Origin: Neocallimastix sp. 'constans'
Lineage: Eukaryota
Length of the DNA: 64,000 bases
Reading direction: 5' to 3'
Assembly (NCBI GenBank): GCA_050613775.1
Contig: JBODTK010000153.1
Span: forward strand, 310,001 to 374,000
Part shown: in pieces, positions 25,062 through 39,559 of the stretch
Numbering within the stretch: position 1 is the stretch's first letter
Layout: each line of letters begins with the position of its first letter
Notes under the pieces: model-generated
Databases searched by the model: none
Told to the model about the DNA's origin: nothing
The model's input: the letters and a program-made list of their open reading frames with translations, nothing else
Program-made: the position numbers and the translations under genes

Positions 25062-28000
25062 TAATTGTAAGTTATATATAAAAATATTCTTTCATTAAGT
25101 TTGAAATAAATAAACTATAAAATATCAAATGAATCATCACTGTGATTACAAAATGAATTTAAATAAAAATATCAAATATATAGTATTAATGTTTTTGCTT
25201 GTGCTCATGTTTTAATATGATTTATAAAGATATATTAATAAAGTAGAAATTTTACATATAATATCATTCAATTTTTTCTTTTTTTTTTTTTTTTTTTTTA
25301 TAATCGTAAATTTTAAATATTAATAATTTTTCAAAATTATATTTTTTGATAAATTAAATAAATATCTGATAAAGTTAAAAATATAAAAAAAAAATTATTT
25401 TGTATTTAATCGTAATTATTTATTAAAAATATTTAATTAATAAATAAATTAATAATAAAAATAATAAAAATCAAATTTATTTATTAAAAACATTGAATTA
25501 ATAATAATAAAATAATAAATATAAGAATTTTGAATAGTTATATATTATTATTAAGTAATTGATTAGATAAATTTTTATTATTATTTTTTTGTACATCAAA
25601 AATTTAAAAGAAAAATATACAATGACATTTTATAATTAATAATTACAAGAGTCTAATTTTAGTAAACTTATACTATTATTTGACCTTTTCATATATATAT
25701 ATATATAATTAGTTTTTTTAATATATAATATAAAATATAAAAGTTCTATGTAAAATAATTTTTTTTAATTACTTTTTAAATTATTATTTAAGGAATTCAT
25801 AATTATTTTTGTTAATTAATATTCATGGTTTGTAATATATATATAATATATATAAAACAGAACAGAACCAAAAGTAAATTATTAGTAGTTAATAAAAATC
25901 ATCTATTTATTAGAATTATATAATATATAATTTAATGGATTTATTTATTTTTTTTATTGATAATAAGCCACATAATCAATTTTTTTTATTTAATAAATTT
26001 TTTCATCTGCAAAAAAAAAATAAAAAATATTTTCTTACTAGAATCATTGTTCTTAAAATAATATTATTCATTCTTAACTTATTCTTTAATAATGAATATT
26101 AAATAAATTAAATATATAATTTATTTTATTTAACTTAACTATTCGTTATTTTTCTGTAAATTCTTTTTATAAAAGCAAAAAAAAAAAAAAATGTATTGAT
26201 AAAATAAAAATATCAATTATTATTATTTTTATTTTATTTCATTTTTTTAAAGAAAATTGTACATATAATTAAAGTTTTGTTATATATATATATATATTTA
26301 TTATTATTACTTATTTTATTTTTATTTTTACTTAATATTAATCATTCCGAAATCAATAAAAAAAAAAAAAAAAAAAAAAAAAATAAAAGAAAAATTAAAT
26401 TATTCATATTTTTGGTTTTATTAAATTAATTTTAAGGTTGTAAAAGTTTAATCTAAAATTTTCTGTATTTTTATATATTTATTTTATATATTAATTAGAT
26501 AATAAATAATTAATAATTGTTATTATAATAATAGAATAATAATAATAAATAATAGTTATTAATTAATAATATTATTATTATTACTATCATTACCATTATA
26601 TTATTATCATTATTATTAATATATATTCAAAAGTATTTTTGTTTACTGAAATAATATTTCCTTTTTTAAATTATTTATTTAAAAGTGTTATAAGGATAGA
26701 AATACAACTAAATTAATTATAATAATTGATGAAATCTACAAAATAATTAAATTGATAATCATCTTAACTTTAAGTACATGTTATATAATAAAAAAAAATT
26801 AAACTTTTCTTCTTCCTTTATTATTATTTTTATTATTATAATTTCAATGATTTTTTTTTTCTTTTTAGATTTTATGATTATTTTAAAACTTATAAAATTT
26901 GTATAAATAAATTTATATTACACAGAAGAAGGGATTTAGAATCTTATAAATATATGTTAACTCATAATATTAAATAATTAATAATTCACATCAAATTTTA
27001 TATCACTAAAATAAATATAAATCTATTAAATCAAAAATTAACTTATTGCTCTCTAATACAATTTTTTATCGTAATACTTTAATTCTTTCCTTTTTTAAAA
27101 CCATAGCTCAGATAAAAATATAATTAAAATGCAATCCTATTTATAATGCAATGATTTTATATTTTATTATTATCATCTTTTTTATTTATTAATGTTATTT
27201 TTATTATTATAAATTTATAAATTATAAATGAAATAATATTACAAGCAGAAATAATTTAATACTATTATTATTATTATTTTTTTTATTTTTTTTTGTATTT
27301 CTAATGAATTTAATTATCATTTAAAAGCGATTTAATCTATTCTCTTTACAATCTAAAAAAAATTTTTGTAATCCATAAATTTAATATATAAATTTAATTT
27401 AGTTTTATATATTCAATTATAATGAAATTTAATTAATCAATTAAAAATAATATATAGCATACATAAAATAAATTTAAATAAAGTATTTAAGCTTTAATTT
27501 ATACATTTGATAATCCATATATTATTTAATTAAAATCTATTTAAAAAACTACCATTTATATCCAAACTATAATTTTTTTTTTATTTCAAAAATCTATATA
27601 ATTTATTTGGAATATTTATTTAATTTTATATTAATTTATATATATTACATATTTTATTTAATAAATAATAAATAATAAATAAGCATTAACTGTTGTATCG
27701 TACAATTGAAATATAATTGAAATATAATTATAATGTAATTGAAATATAATTGAAATAAATTATTTAATTAGATTTTATATTAACTTTAATGTATAATAAA
27801 TCATTGAATGTAATTTATTTTTTGTATAAAAAAGGAATATTTTTTTTTATTCAAATCAATGTATTTTAATTTAATTTAATATTATTTGATATTGCTTAAA
27901 ATATCAAATTATTAAAAAATAAGAATGTATTTTTTTTTTTTTTTTTTATAATGGAATAATGATTATATATATGTATATAATAATTAATAATTTAATAACA

Positions 28001-29441
28001 ATTATTTAGTAATAATGATTAATATTAATAATAATTAATAATATAATAAATATTTTGTTAATTATCCTTCTCAAAGTGTATTAAATAGAATCAAAATTTA
28101 TTTGATTTTATTAAAAATAATTATTCTTTACTTAATTATTTTTCATTTAATATTTTATTTACTTATGATTATATATTAATTTTTTTTATGAAGCCTTTTT
28201 TAACTAAATCATTATTATCATAATTACTATTCTTAAATGAATTTAAAATTGACTTACATATATCTTATATTTATTATAATATAGATACTAAATTTTTACT
28301 TATTAATATTTTTTTTTTATTTTTTATTCTAAATATTTGATATTTTTTATTTCAATTTCAATTCTTCATAGTACATATTTTTTTCATTTTTATTCTTCAT
28401 ATTTGATTTGACATGCTCTAACAAAATGGTACATATCCCATAATTTAATATGCATTAATTATATATTAGAATTTAATGAATATGAAATATAATATTATAT
28501 TATATATCTATAGAAATTATAAAATACAAAAATTTTTAGTATAGATTAACCATATATTAAATTTTAAAATCTATAAAATTTAAAATATATTAAAAAAATT
28601 AAAATATATAAAAATTTGAAATATATTAAAAAATTAAAAATTTGATATATATAAAATTAAAATTTAAAATTTATAAAAATTGGAAATAAATAGAATATAA
28701 AATTTAAAATTTATAAAAGCCATAAATTTTAAGACAGGATCAAAGGTATAAACAGAAGCTAAATAGTAAAACAAATATAATATATAAATAATATATATCT
28801 TTATAATTGAAGTTATTATTTATTAAATATAAAAATTAAAGTACTGATATTCATCAAAGTAAATCATTATAGTATTTTGAATAAACTCATTTATTTTTCT
28901 ATGTACATGTCATATTGTAAAGATATAAATTACAATTTAACTCTTCACCGATAAGCTAAAAGAATCATAAATCGAACAGTGAAATTATAATTTATATAAA
29001 ACTATATAATTAATAAAAGTTTTGTTTGATAACCATTTCATTTTTATATATATATATAATTTATATGAATTTATTCTTAAATTTAATATTAATAATAAAA
29101 ATGTTGAAAATATAAAAATTTTTTTATAATATTTTTATATTATAATATTATATATTACACAATAAAATTGGCTTTTTTTTTCCTAGAAAAATATTAGAAA
29201 AATAATTATCTATTCATTTATTCATATTCTTTTAATATTTGAATTTTTTAATATTTATATTTATTATTATATATTTTTATCTTCTTTATATATAAATTAT
29301 AGAAATAATATAATTCACAATACAATCATATTACTCATTATTTAATAATAATTAATTATATATTTATATATAATTCTTTAAATCATTTTAATTATTTAAT
29401 AGGATTTACATATTTATTTATTTCTATTTATCTGTCTATCT

Positions 29442-29475
<34 letters not shown>

Positions 29476-29606
29476 AATTTAAAATATATAAAAAGAAACT
29501 AATATTTTTAAAATTCATATTATATAGTTCACCAGCATTAATACATCTAAAAGACTAAAGATAATCCTCTCAACTGTTTATTATATTTATTATATATTTT
29601 TTTTCC

Positions 29607-29645
<39 letters not shown>

Positions 29646-30059
29646 GAATATATATATATATAATATAAATTTTTTGGCTTGGCTTGGCTTAAAAAAAATT
29701 ATAAAAAAAATTTAAAATAAAATTTAAAATATATTAAATATATATATAATAATAAATTTTATTAAAATGATAATAAATTTTTTGTTGTCACGATAATAAT
29801 ATTTCTTTATCAATGGTAGATTTTATAATAATAATAATGAATAGAAATGATAATTAATTATAAAATGTTTATAATTAAGGGGAAAAAATTTATTGTAATA
29901 ATAATGATTTATAAAATCATATAGTTCTCTTTTCCATAATGCATAATCATTATTAATTACTAATACTACTGATAAAACAATTTTTTTTTTTAATTATTTA
30001 AAATTGTTTTATAATTGTAGTAATTACTGTAAAAATTTTAATCAGTTGAAAAAATTAAA

Positions 30060-30131
<72 letters not shown>

Positions 30132-31390
30132 GGTAATAGAATTATTTTAATAATAATTGAATTGAAATGAAAAATTATTCAAATAAAAAAAAACAAATAC
30201 TTATATATATATTTAATATTATTAATAATATATTTTGATAAATGAAATAATCATAATATATATATAATATCAATATATTATTATATATGATTAATTTTAT
30301 CTTTTTAATTTATGTAAGCTCATAATTTAAAAAAAAAAAAAAACAAGAAAGGAAATAAAAATTGAAATAATTAAAATCATTACATTGCATAATATATATT
30401 ACATATTAATAATATATTAAATATAACAAATATAAAATAATATATAATTAAATAACAATTTTTACTAAAAAATATATACTATATTATATTATCCATAATA
30501 TATATTATAATTATTAAAATATATAATTATTTAATATAAAATATTTATAATATTTACATATATAATATTTTATTATTATTATTATTATTTAAAAGAACAT
30601 AGAAAAAAAAAAATAAAGTGCACTAATTTATTTTTAAAGTATTAAAATATATTTATTATATAAAGAAATTATTTTATGTGTATATTAAAAATATATATTA
30701 TGATATATATAAATGTATAAAATGAATAAAAAGTTTATTCAGTAAAATATAATTTCTTAAATAAATAATAAAATTTTTGTTTTATTCAAGATAATTAAAA
30801 AAAAAATATTAATTAGAGTTTTTAATTATTTAAAAAAAGTAAAAAAAAATATTTTTTGTCAAAAATATATATATAGATGAAGATATTTAACAATTTTTTT
30901 TTTTTTTTTTTTTAAATCCTCTTCATTTTTTTTATTTTTTTTTTACAATTACTTTATAGAAATTCATTATCCCTTTTTTTTTTTTTTTTAAAAAAAAATT
31001 ACATAATAATATATTAAATATATATTTATATATACTATAATATAAGATTTTAATTTTATTCATATCTTATCCAAAGAATTGATAATGATAAAAATACTAT
31101 AATAAAAATATAAAATTTATCACTAAAAATTCATATATATTTATCAAGGCTAATGGTAAATGATAACAACTTTATCTTTTAAATAAAAATAATTCAACCA
31201 AATTTTTGAAATTGAAATTATAAATTATTATGACTTTAATTATTGTGTAAACAATTTCAATTATATAAAAATATCATAACAATTTCAATATAAAAATTAA
31301 TTTGAATAATAATTTTTTTAATATTATTAATTCAATATAGTTAATTATATAACAAATAAAATATTTAAATTTAATATAATGTAATAAATT

Positions 31391-31465
31391 ATATTAAATT
31401 TAAATGTAATACATTATATTAAATTTAAATGTAATACATTATATTAAATTTAAATGTAATACATT
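31391..31465. repeat. 25-bp tandem repeat, 3 copies
   Basis: ATATTAAATTTAAATGTAATACATT three times in a row, ~400 bp upstream of the KH gene. Confidence 0.85.
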
Positions 31466-31865
31466 ATAGTATAATTCCATAAAGTAAAATATTATAACTT
31501 GTTTATACATTTATTATTAATAAATATAATACTTTTTTCTTCAAAGTATCATTTTATATTATCAAAGATTTTAATAATTTAAAAAATTTCTTATATTCAG
31601 TAAATAAATTTATAATAAAACAAATATTATACAATATATATATATAATTTAAAATTTAATATAAATAACTTTATCTTTAATAAATATATACAAAAAAAAA
31701 ATACACTTCATATACTAATTAATATTTATTTTTATTATAATTATGTATATATAACTATATAGATAAATTCTGTTAAAATTTAGATATTTGTTTGCGTATT
31801 TTCATAATTTTTTTTCTTATTTTGTATTTAATTTATTTATATTTATAATATTATATACCATTATC

Positions 31866-34761
31866 ATGTCAACCCTTGATGTCAGTGATAATATTTCTTC
31901 TCCAATATCAGATGATGCTCATTCATTCTCAGATAAAAATATAGAAGATGATACGGATTCAATAAGCATAACATCAAATACATTTTCAACCTATGAATTC
32001 AATTCAGAAAATGAAACTAAACAAGTTTATAAAAGAAAAAAACGTTCAAGATGTGAAACTCAGTTAAATTATGATGAAAACGAAAGTTCCAATGATCAAA
32101 AAAATAGATATCATAAATTTAATGATAGTAATGAAAATCATCATCGTCGCAAACGTCAGGCTATTCATGTTAATAGAGAATTTAATGTGGAAGAAAAATC
32201 ATCTAAGTTAATAGATAATTCGAAATTTAATGAAGATAGGAAGATTAATACTAAACATAATTCGAATAAGAATAAAAATAATATCAATATAAATAATTAT
32301 ACCATTGAATCATCATCCTCACAAAAAGAAGGCTATCCTAAAAAGCAAGATTATAAATTAAAAAATAAAAATTCTTCATTAGATAATCAAAAAGATTTTA
32401 TGGATGATGTATCTGATGCTCAAAATAATTCAGGTTTCAATAATGAAAATATAGATATTATAAATAAATCTAACAAAAATAGTAAAAATAGTAATAAAAG
32501 TAATAGAAATGATTATGGGAATAATAATAATGATAATGATAATAATGATGATATTGGTAATACTCGTCGATTAAATAAGAAAAAATATAATAATGGTGGT
32601 GTTGAGAATTCAAGGTTTTGGAATATTCGGAATTCATCAAATACATTAAGAAATTATAATAATAAAATACATCTAGCATCGTCACCTTCAAGTAAATTAA
32701 ATCCACAATTAATAAATAATACTAACGGTACTTTATGTAATAATAATGATAGCCTATTAAATTATACACTTAATAGTAATAAAAAAAAGTTTCCACTTTC
32801 AAAAAGACATGAAAATAAAATTACAAAAAAGAAGAAAAAGAATATAGTTTCATTTGCTTCAGCAATTAACCAAACCAATTTATTATTACCAAATACCAAA
32901 ATGTCCACATTGCATTCCTTGAAAAAAGATAAAAAATTGAAAAAATTCGGAAAATCAAAAGTTTCATCCCAAGGTTCTTCTGTACATACAAAAATTCATT
33001 TCCCAAGTCCTCTTTCTTCGAACTCAACGACCATGATGAATCATTCTAATTCAAATAATTCCACCACATCTATACCAATGGATCCAAATGTATCCATTCG
33101 TGCTATCATTACTACAAAGGAAGCAGGTGTTATTATTGGTCGTGAAGGTAAAAACGTTACTAAAATTCGTGAAGAAAGTGGAGCAAAGGTTAATGTTTCT
33201 GAACATGTACCTGGAACTTTGGATCGAATTATTACAGTAGCAGGTGATATTGATTCGGTCACTAAGGCTTTTCTTTTAGTTTCAGAGCGTATAGTAGTCG
33301 AATTTGAAAAAGAAAGACGTGGCTTAACTGGTATTCCTGGTTTTAATGGTTTAATATCAATTAATCATACTCATAAATCATTTGAAAAGGAAGCTAAAGA
33401 AGATCCTAAAAAGAATAATAAAAATAAAAAATCCTTAAAAGTCATTCATGAATCTAATAAAACAGAATCAAAGAGTAAAGACCAAGAATCTAATACTACT
33501 CACTCATCCATTTCATCTGAAAAATTAATATCTTCAGAAAATAATCATATAAACGGAACAATGGTTGAGAGTCAAATTATTGATTCTTCCCTTCCTTTAA
33601 TTGATAATGACGATGATGCCACTGTTAATAATGATGAATTAAATTATACTGAAGAAGATCAAGATATAAATGATACCTATAGTGAATCCTATTCAATTGA
33701 CATTACATCTCACCAAGAAAATTATAATGATGAAAATGATGATTTACAATCTTTCTCTGAAGGCTTAAATCATGATGATATTACTAAAATTATGAATACC
33801 AGGGATAATCAAGAGGATTTAAATAATTATTCTGAAAATAATTATGATAATAGTTCCTACGATAACAATCAAGATGATGAAAATAATAGTATGATGGAAG
33901 ATGATGTGAATACTATTGTTTCTACAAATGATGATCAAAATGAAACTAAATTGGATTCGATTGAATTAGCTGATATCATGAAAAAAACCACTTCTTCTGC
34001 TAATATCAATGATAGCAGCGAAGAATTTTCTCCAGACAAAAATCAGGAAACTAAGGAAGGTATTCATGAAATGGATGAGCTGGAAGTTCAAGAACTTTTT
34101 AAACGTGAACATTTATCCTTAAGAATTTTAATACCTGATACTCGAATGGGTTCAATTATTGGTAAGGGAGGTTCAAAAATTAAGGAAATTCAAGATATTT
34201 CTGGTGCTTACATTATTGCTTCTGAAGAAATCTTACCAAATTCAACTGAAAGAACTGTTATTATTAATGGTACTGTTCAAGCTATTAAATTGGCAATTTA
34301 TAACATTGGTATAATTTTAAGAGAAAATCCTGATCGTAATCTTAATACCATTTATTATAAGCCCATGCCACTTTCTTTTTATCAAAATTCACTTTCTACC
34401 CTATCTTATCCATTACCATTTACACCACAGATCATTCCACCTAATTACGCTGCTTCTTCCTCTCCATATCCATTACCTTTTTATCTAAATTCTTCTACCA
34501 TAAATACTACTTCGACCCTTCCACCTCAACCCAATTTACCGTTACCCGTAGGATCCTTCCAACCACCTCCATTACCTCCACCACCACCTCATTCTCAGTA
34601 CAATTCAAAATTTCAATTCTCTAAGCATTACCATAAAACTTTTAAGAACAATAATACCACTAATAAACCTATTAATAGTACAAATATTAGCACTGATGAT
34701 AATTATAATAATAATCCAGGAAACAGTAAAAACGATAATAATAATAATAATAATAATAATC

Positions 34762-34818
<57 letters not shown>

Positions 34819-36380
34819 TTCATAGTAATAATAATCATAGTAATAAAAATAATAATAATGCTAATAATAATATCAAAGATAATAGTAATAAAAATACTAG
34901 TATAAATAATAATGCTAATAATAGTATCAAAAATAATAGTAATAAAAATGCTAGTAATAATAATAATAATAATAATACTAGTCAAGTCAATGATGAAAAT
35001 AGCATTGGACTAAATACAATTACAAATAATAATAAAGATAATAATAATAATGATAGTAATGGAAGTAGTAGTAATAGTAGTGGTGGTAATGGTAATGGAA
35101 GTAAAAATAGAAATAACAATAATAGTATTAATGATGTTAATATTACAAATCACAGTGGTAAGAGTAAAAACAATAATAATAATAGTAGTAGTAGTAATAG
35201 TAGTAGTAGTAGTAGTATTACTAAATCTAGTAGTAAATCGAATAATAAAAACAATATTAAAACCAGTGATAAATCTAGTAACAATAGTAATAGTAACAAC
35301 AAAAATGATAATAGTAACAATAATAAACCAGATAATTATAAAATCAACTCAAATTTTAATTCCAAAATTGGATCGAAAAATAAATCATCAAGTTTTTCAA
35401 AATTTTCTTCTTCTTTTTCTACTTATGGTAAATCAAATTTAAATCATCATTCCAGTAGTCATGGTAGTATTCATCATTTTTCAAAAAGTTACCATGAAAC
35501 ATCAAATTCATTACTACTGTCATCCACACCATCCATTCATCATAATCCTCTTGATTTAACTACAAATCCACCTGCTCTTTTCCAAAATATGGGTATGGAT
35601 ATGGGTATGGGTGTAGGTATGGATACACCATCTTTTAGTATTCATAGTTATAATATGGCAGTTGGTATGACTAATATTACGGGTTCACCTCAAACCATTT
35701 TACCTCCTTCTCATTTAAATGATTTTAGAATACTTTCACCTCCTTTAACACCACCACCACCATCAATTTCCACACCATTCAATGGTAATGGTAGTTTAGG
35801 AGTACCTGGTAGTACCAATATTCCATTTATTTTTGGAAGAAGAAAAAATGGAATAAATAGTACTAAAGGAAATAATTTACATCCCCATTTACAACCAAAT
35901 TTCAATAGTTATCATATGAAAGGAAGGAGTAGTATTCCTAATATTCCACCATTTAATCCAATGAATAATATTTTAAGTAATGGTGCCCCGAATCCCAATC
36001 AATCTCATTTAAATCCTCCTCCTCCTCCTCAAGTTCTTTCTCCTTATCATATTCAAGTTCAACAACTTTACGTACCTAATGAATTAATTGGTTGTGTTAT
36101 AGGAAAACAAGGAGATTGTATTAAACGTATTCGTAATACTTCTGGCTCACAAATTAAAATTGCTGAATCCAATCCAAATAATACGGAAAGATTAATTACA
36201 ATTATTGGTAATACCGAGACCAATCATATTGCTATGTCTATGATATTAGGAAGATTAGAAAATGAAAGAAATAAGTTAATGAAACAACAACTACAAAAAC
36301 AACAGCATCAACAACTTTCCCCAACTCATTCACCTTCATCACCACCCTCTATTGCACAAACTTCGCGTCATCATCATTAG
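31866..36380 (+). CDS. Triple KH-domain RNA-binding protein (PCBP/hnRNP K, fungal Pbp2/Hek2/Rnc1-like), ~1504 aa, with Asn/Ser/Pro-rich disordered regions
   Basis: Three type-I KH domains with GxxG loops: AGVIIGREGKNVTKIRE, MGSIIGKGGSKIKEIQD and IGCVIGKQGDCIKRIRN. The first ATG is at 31866 (the ORF track starts at an upstream TTG). Single open frame. Confidence 0.9.
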
Positions 36381-36490
36381 TTTTTTTTTTTTTTTTGTCA
36401 TAATTATTTATAAAAAATATGTTAGTTTTTTTTTTTCTCTTATAGAATAATTTTAAACTATTAATCTATTTATTTATTTTTTATTTATTA

Positions 36491-36532
<42 letters not shown>

Positions 36533-37029
36533 TATTTTTATTTAATTTTTATTTTTTAATTTCATATTCTGTTTTCAGATAATTATTATTATATAAATAA
36601 TAATTTTAATTGTAAGTGATATAAAGAAATATATATATATATATTTTTTAATTCTTATTCTTTATATTGCTAATATTAATTAATTAATATATAGAATATA
36701 AAATAGAGATATAGAAATAATTATAAATCTATAAAATAATAGTAGTATATTTAGTATAATATATGTTTCTTATTTCTTAATTTCTTTTTTTTTTTTTTTT
36801 TTAAAAAAAAAAAGATAAAATTAAAATTAATGAATGAAACTTTAGTTAATGAATCATTTGTATAATAACTGTATATAGTATGTACAAATTTTTTTTAAAT
36901 ATATATATATATATATATATATAAACAGAAATATGATCAACAATATTAACAATTAATAATAATATAATAAGTAATAAGTAAATAGTATAATAATTAATTT
37001 TTTTTAAATACAATATTATCATAGAATAC

Positions 37030-37083
<54 letters not shown>

Positions 37084-37169
37084 ATTTAAATACTTAAATT
37101 ATCAATATCTATAAATAACATATAAAAAAAAAAATACTTAGTAATAATAATCTAATTATTTTATTAATA

Positions 37170-37211
<42 letters not shown>

Positions 37212-37386
37212 ATTAAGTAAAAATTAATTAAAATTCATATTTTATCCTTTCTATTCAAATATTTTTCTTTATAATAATAATAATAAATAAAAACTATATT
37301 TTATTAATTTATTAAAAAAAAAAAAAAAAATCCAAATTTCAAATTTAATTTTATCATAATAATATTGTTTAAAAATCTATTGTGTG

Positions 37387-37456
<70 letters not shown>

Positions 37457-37527
37457 TTTCCCTCATGAGCGTATAATCTTTTTTTTTTTTTTTTTTATTC
37501 ATATCTCCAATGATATGGACTATTTTT

Positions 37528-39199
37528 CTCCATTCTTGGTGGTTACTGCGGCTCTTCTTCAATCAATTATACCTATTGCTATTAGCAAGCAATGGTCTTT
37601 TTCAAAATAAAAGAGATCCTACTTTTTATCTTGCTGGTTAACCAATCTCAATAACTAAATGTTATACCTATTTAGGTATACCATTTGATAAAAGCTTATC
37701 GTTGAACCCTATTATTAAATTACTTAACTCTAGAGTTACTAAAGCTCTCTTTTCTGTTAGTAAATTTCTTTCAAATTCCAATATTCCTATTCCATTTAAG
37801 AAGATTATAATTAACTCCTATGTACTCAGTAAAGTCTCTTACTTTGCACTTGTACCTTTACTTGGTTCAAATAAAGCGAGAACAAATAATACTCAGAAAT
37901 TAATTAATAAAGGATTAAGATGGATTGCAGGTTTTCAAAAAGCCAAATCATTTATTAATATATATTCTATTTCAAAAGATTTAAATATTCCTCCATTGTC
38001 AGTTAAGTGTGCTTTTTTGTCTCAAGTCAGATGTTTTGATAAATAGAAAGATTCAAATTGACGAAAGAAAGTAGAACTCTTAAACGTAAACTAGAGAAAA
38101 GAGGTAATAACGATAATAAAATCAAGGATTTTTATTGGAAAAGAGATATGAAAATCAATTCTATTAAAGCTGAATTTTATGACAAAAACAGATTCGAAGA
38201 AACATCAAATTATATAAAACTTTGTTATGAATATCCTGATCGTTCATATGGTTTCTATTGGCTATTGAGAGCACGAAGCGGATATAGATTATATGCTAGA
38301 ATAGCTAAAGCTGCAAAAATAATAGATCAAATGTGTCCTAATTTTTGTCCCTGTTGTAAAAATAATAAATAATGGATAAGGAATTGGTTAAATTGGTTGT
38401 CCATTTTTCAATCATATTCGTAGTAAAATTAATGATAAAAATTTATTTTTATATAATGCTTTTAACCGTAGCAACCTAACAAATAATATTGTTAATAGTA
38501 ATAATGATAATAGCAACAGTAATAATAGTAATAGTAATAATAGTAATAGTAATAATAGTAATAGTAATAATAGATATAGTAATATTAGTATTAGTATTTT
38601 TAGTAATATTAGTAACAGTATTGAAAATAATGTGTATGCTGATTCTAGTGTGTGTGAAAGAGTGTCTAATTTCCTTCTTGGAGGTCGAAGTATTAATAAC
38701 AGTACAAGGGAATGGAAGGATCTATTTAAGTGCCAGATGAAATCTGGTGCTTATTCTGATACTCCATTCTTGGTGGTTACTGCGGCACTTCTTCAATCGA
38801 TTATACCTATTGCTATTGGCCAGCAATGGTCTTTGTTCAATAGGTTCAAATCGAACCGTACTACTACTACCAAGAGCGTCAATGCTGAAGAAACAGTAAG
38901 ACAGGCCAGCAAGGCTAGCGCAACCAATGAAGATCATAATTTTGTATCTTAAAATTATGATTAACATTGTGAAGTCAAAATTAATTATTATACTACAGTA
39001 TAATAATGCCCTTATGAAGTCTTACAGATATTAATTAAATGAAACTAGAATATATTATACTATTATTTTATTTTATTTTATTTTTTTTTTTATTTTTTTT
39101 TTTCTTTTTATTACATGTATTTTTTTTTTTCAAATATTTAATTAATAAAGATGAAACAAGTTTACTGCCGTTAAAAAAAAAAAAAAAAAAAAAAAAAAA
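37528..39199 (+). mobile_element. LINE family B: a short C-terminal piece (37528-37608) followed by a 5'-truncated copy with poly-A
   Basis: Reads YTYLGIPF, PLLGSNK, LNIPPLS, WLLRARSGY, CPCC, FLLGG and TPFLVVTAALLQSIIP. Poly-A at 39173-39199. Confidence 0.92.
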
Positions 39200-39555
39200 G
39201 CCTATATCAGGTGTACTAATTATAGTTTTCTGATGATAATCGATGGTTATCCTTTCTTAAGTGGTTTCTAGTACGAAGAGAGAAAATATTGAAAGACTAT
39301 AGAAAGGGAACCTAATGTTTTATAATATTTTAAATTTTGGAAATGTAGTAACATTGAAGTTTTATAATTAATAGTATCATGTAGTTTCTACATATTATCA
39401 TTGTAATGAATTTATTGTATTTTTTTTTACTTTAACATTATTTTGTATACATATTTCCTATAGTATTTACTTAAACTCTTATGTAGCTATAGTAAAATGA
39501 AAATGTAGGAGATTGATTCACTCCAGAGCTTGCATTTAATACTTTATTTAACGGA
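39200..39555. repeat. Unclassified dispersed repeat 'X', copy 2
   Basis: Similar to 19321-19702. Confidence 0.85.
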
Positions 39556-39559
39556 TAGT

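Noticed and set aside
31788..31865. Hydrophobic N-terminal signal or TM segment on the KH protein
   Set aside because: It arises only from a TTG start in AT-rich 5' sequence. The first ATG is at 31866.
34605..35442. Poly-Ile/Val ORFs overlapping the KH gene
   Set aside because: Alternative-frame and antisense readings of AAT/AGT codon repeats.
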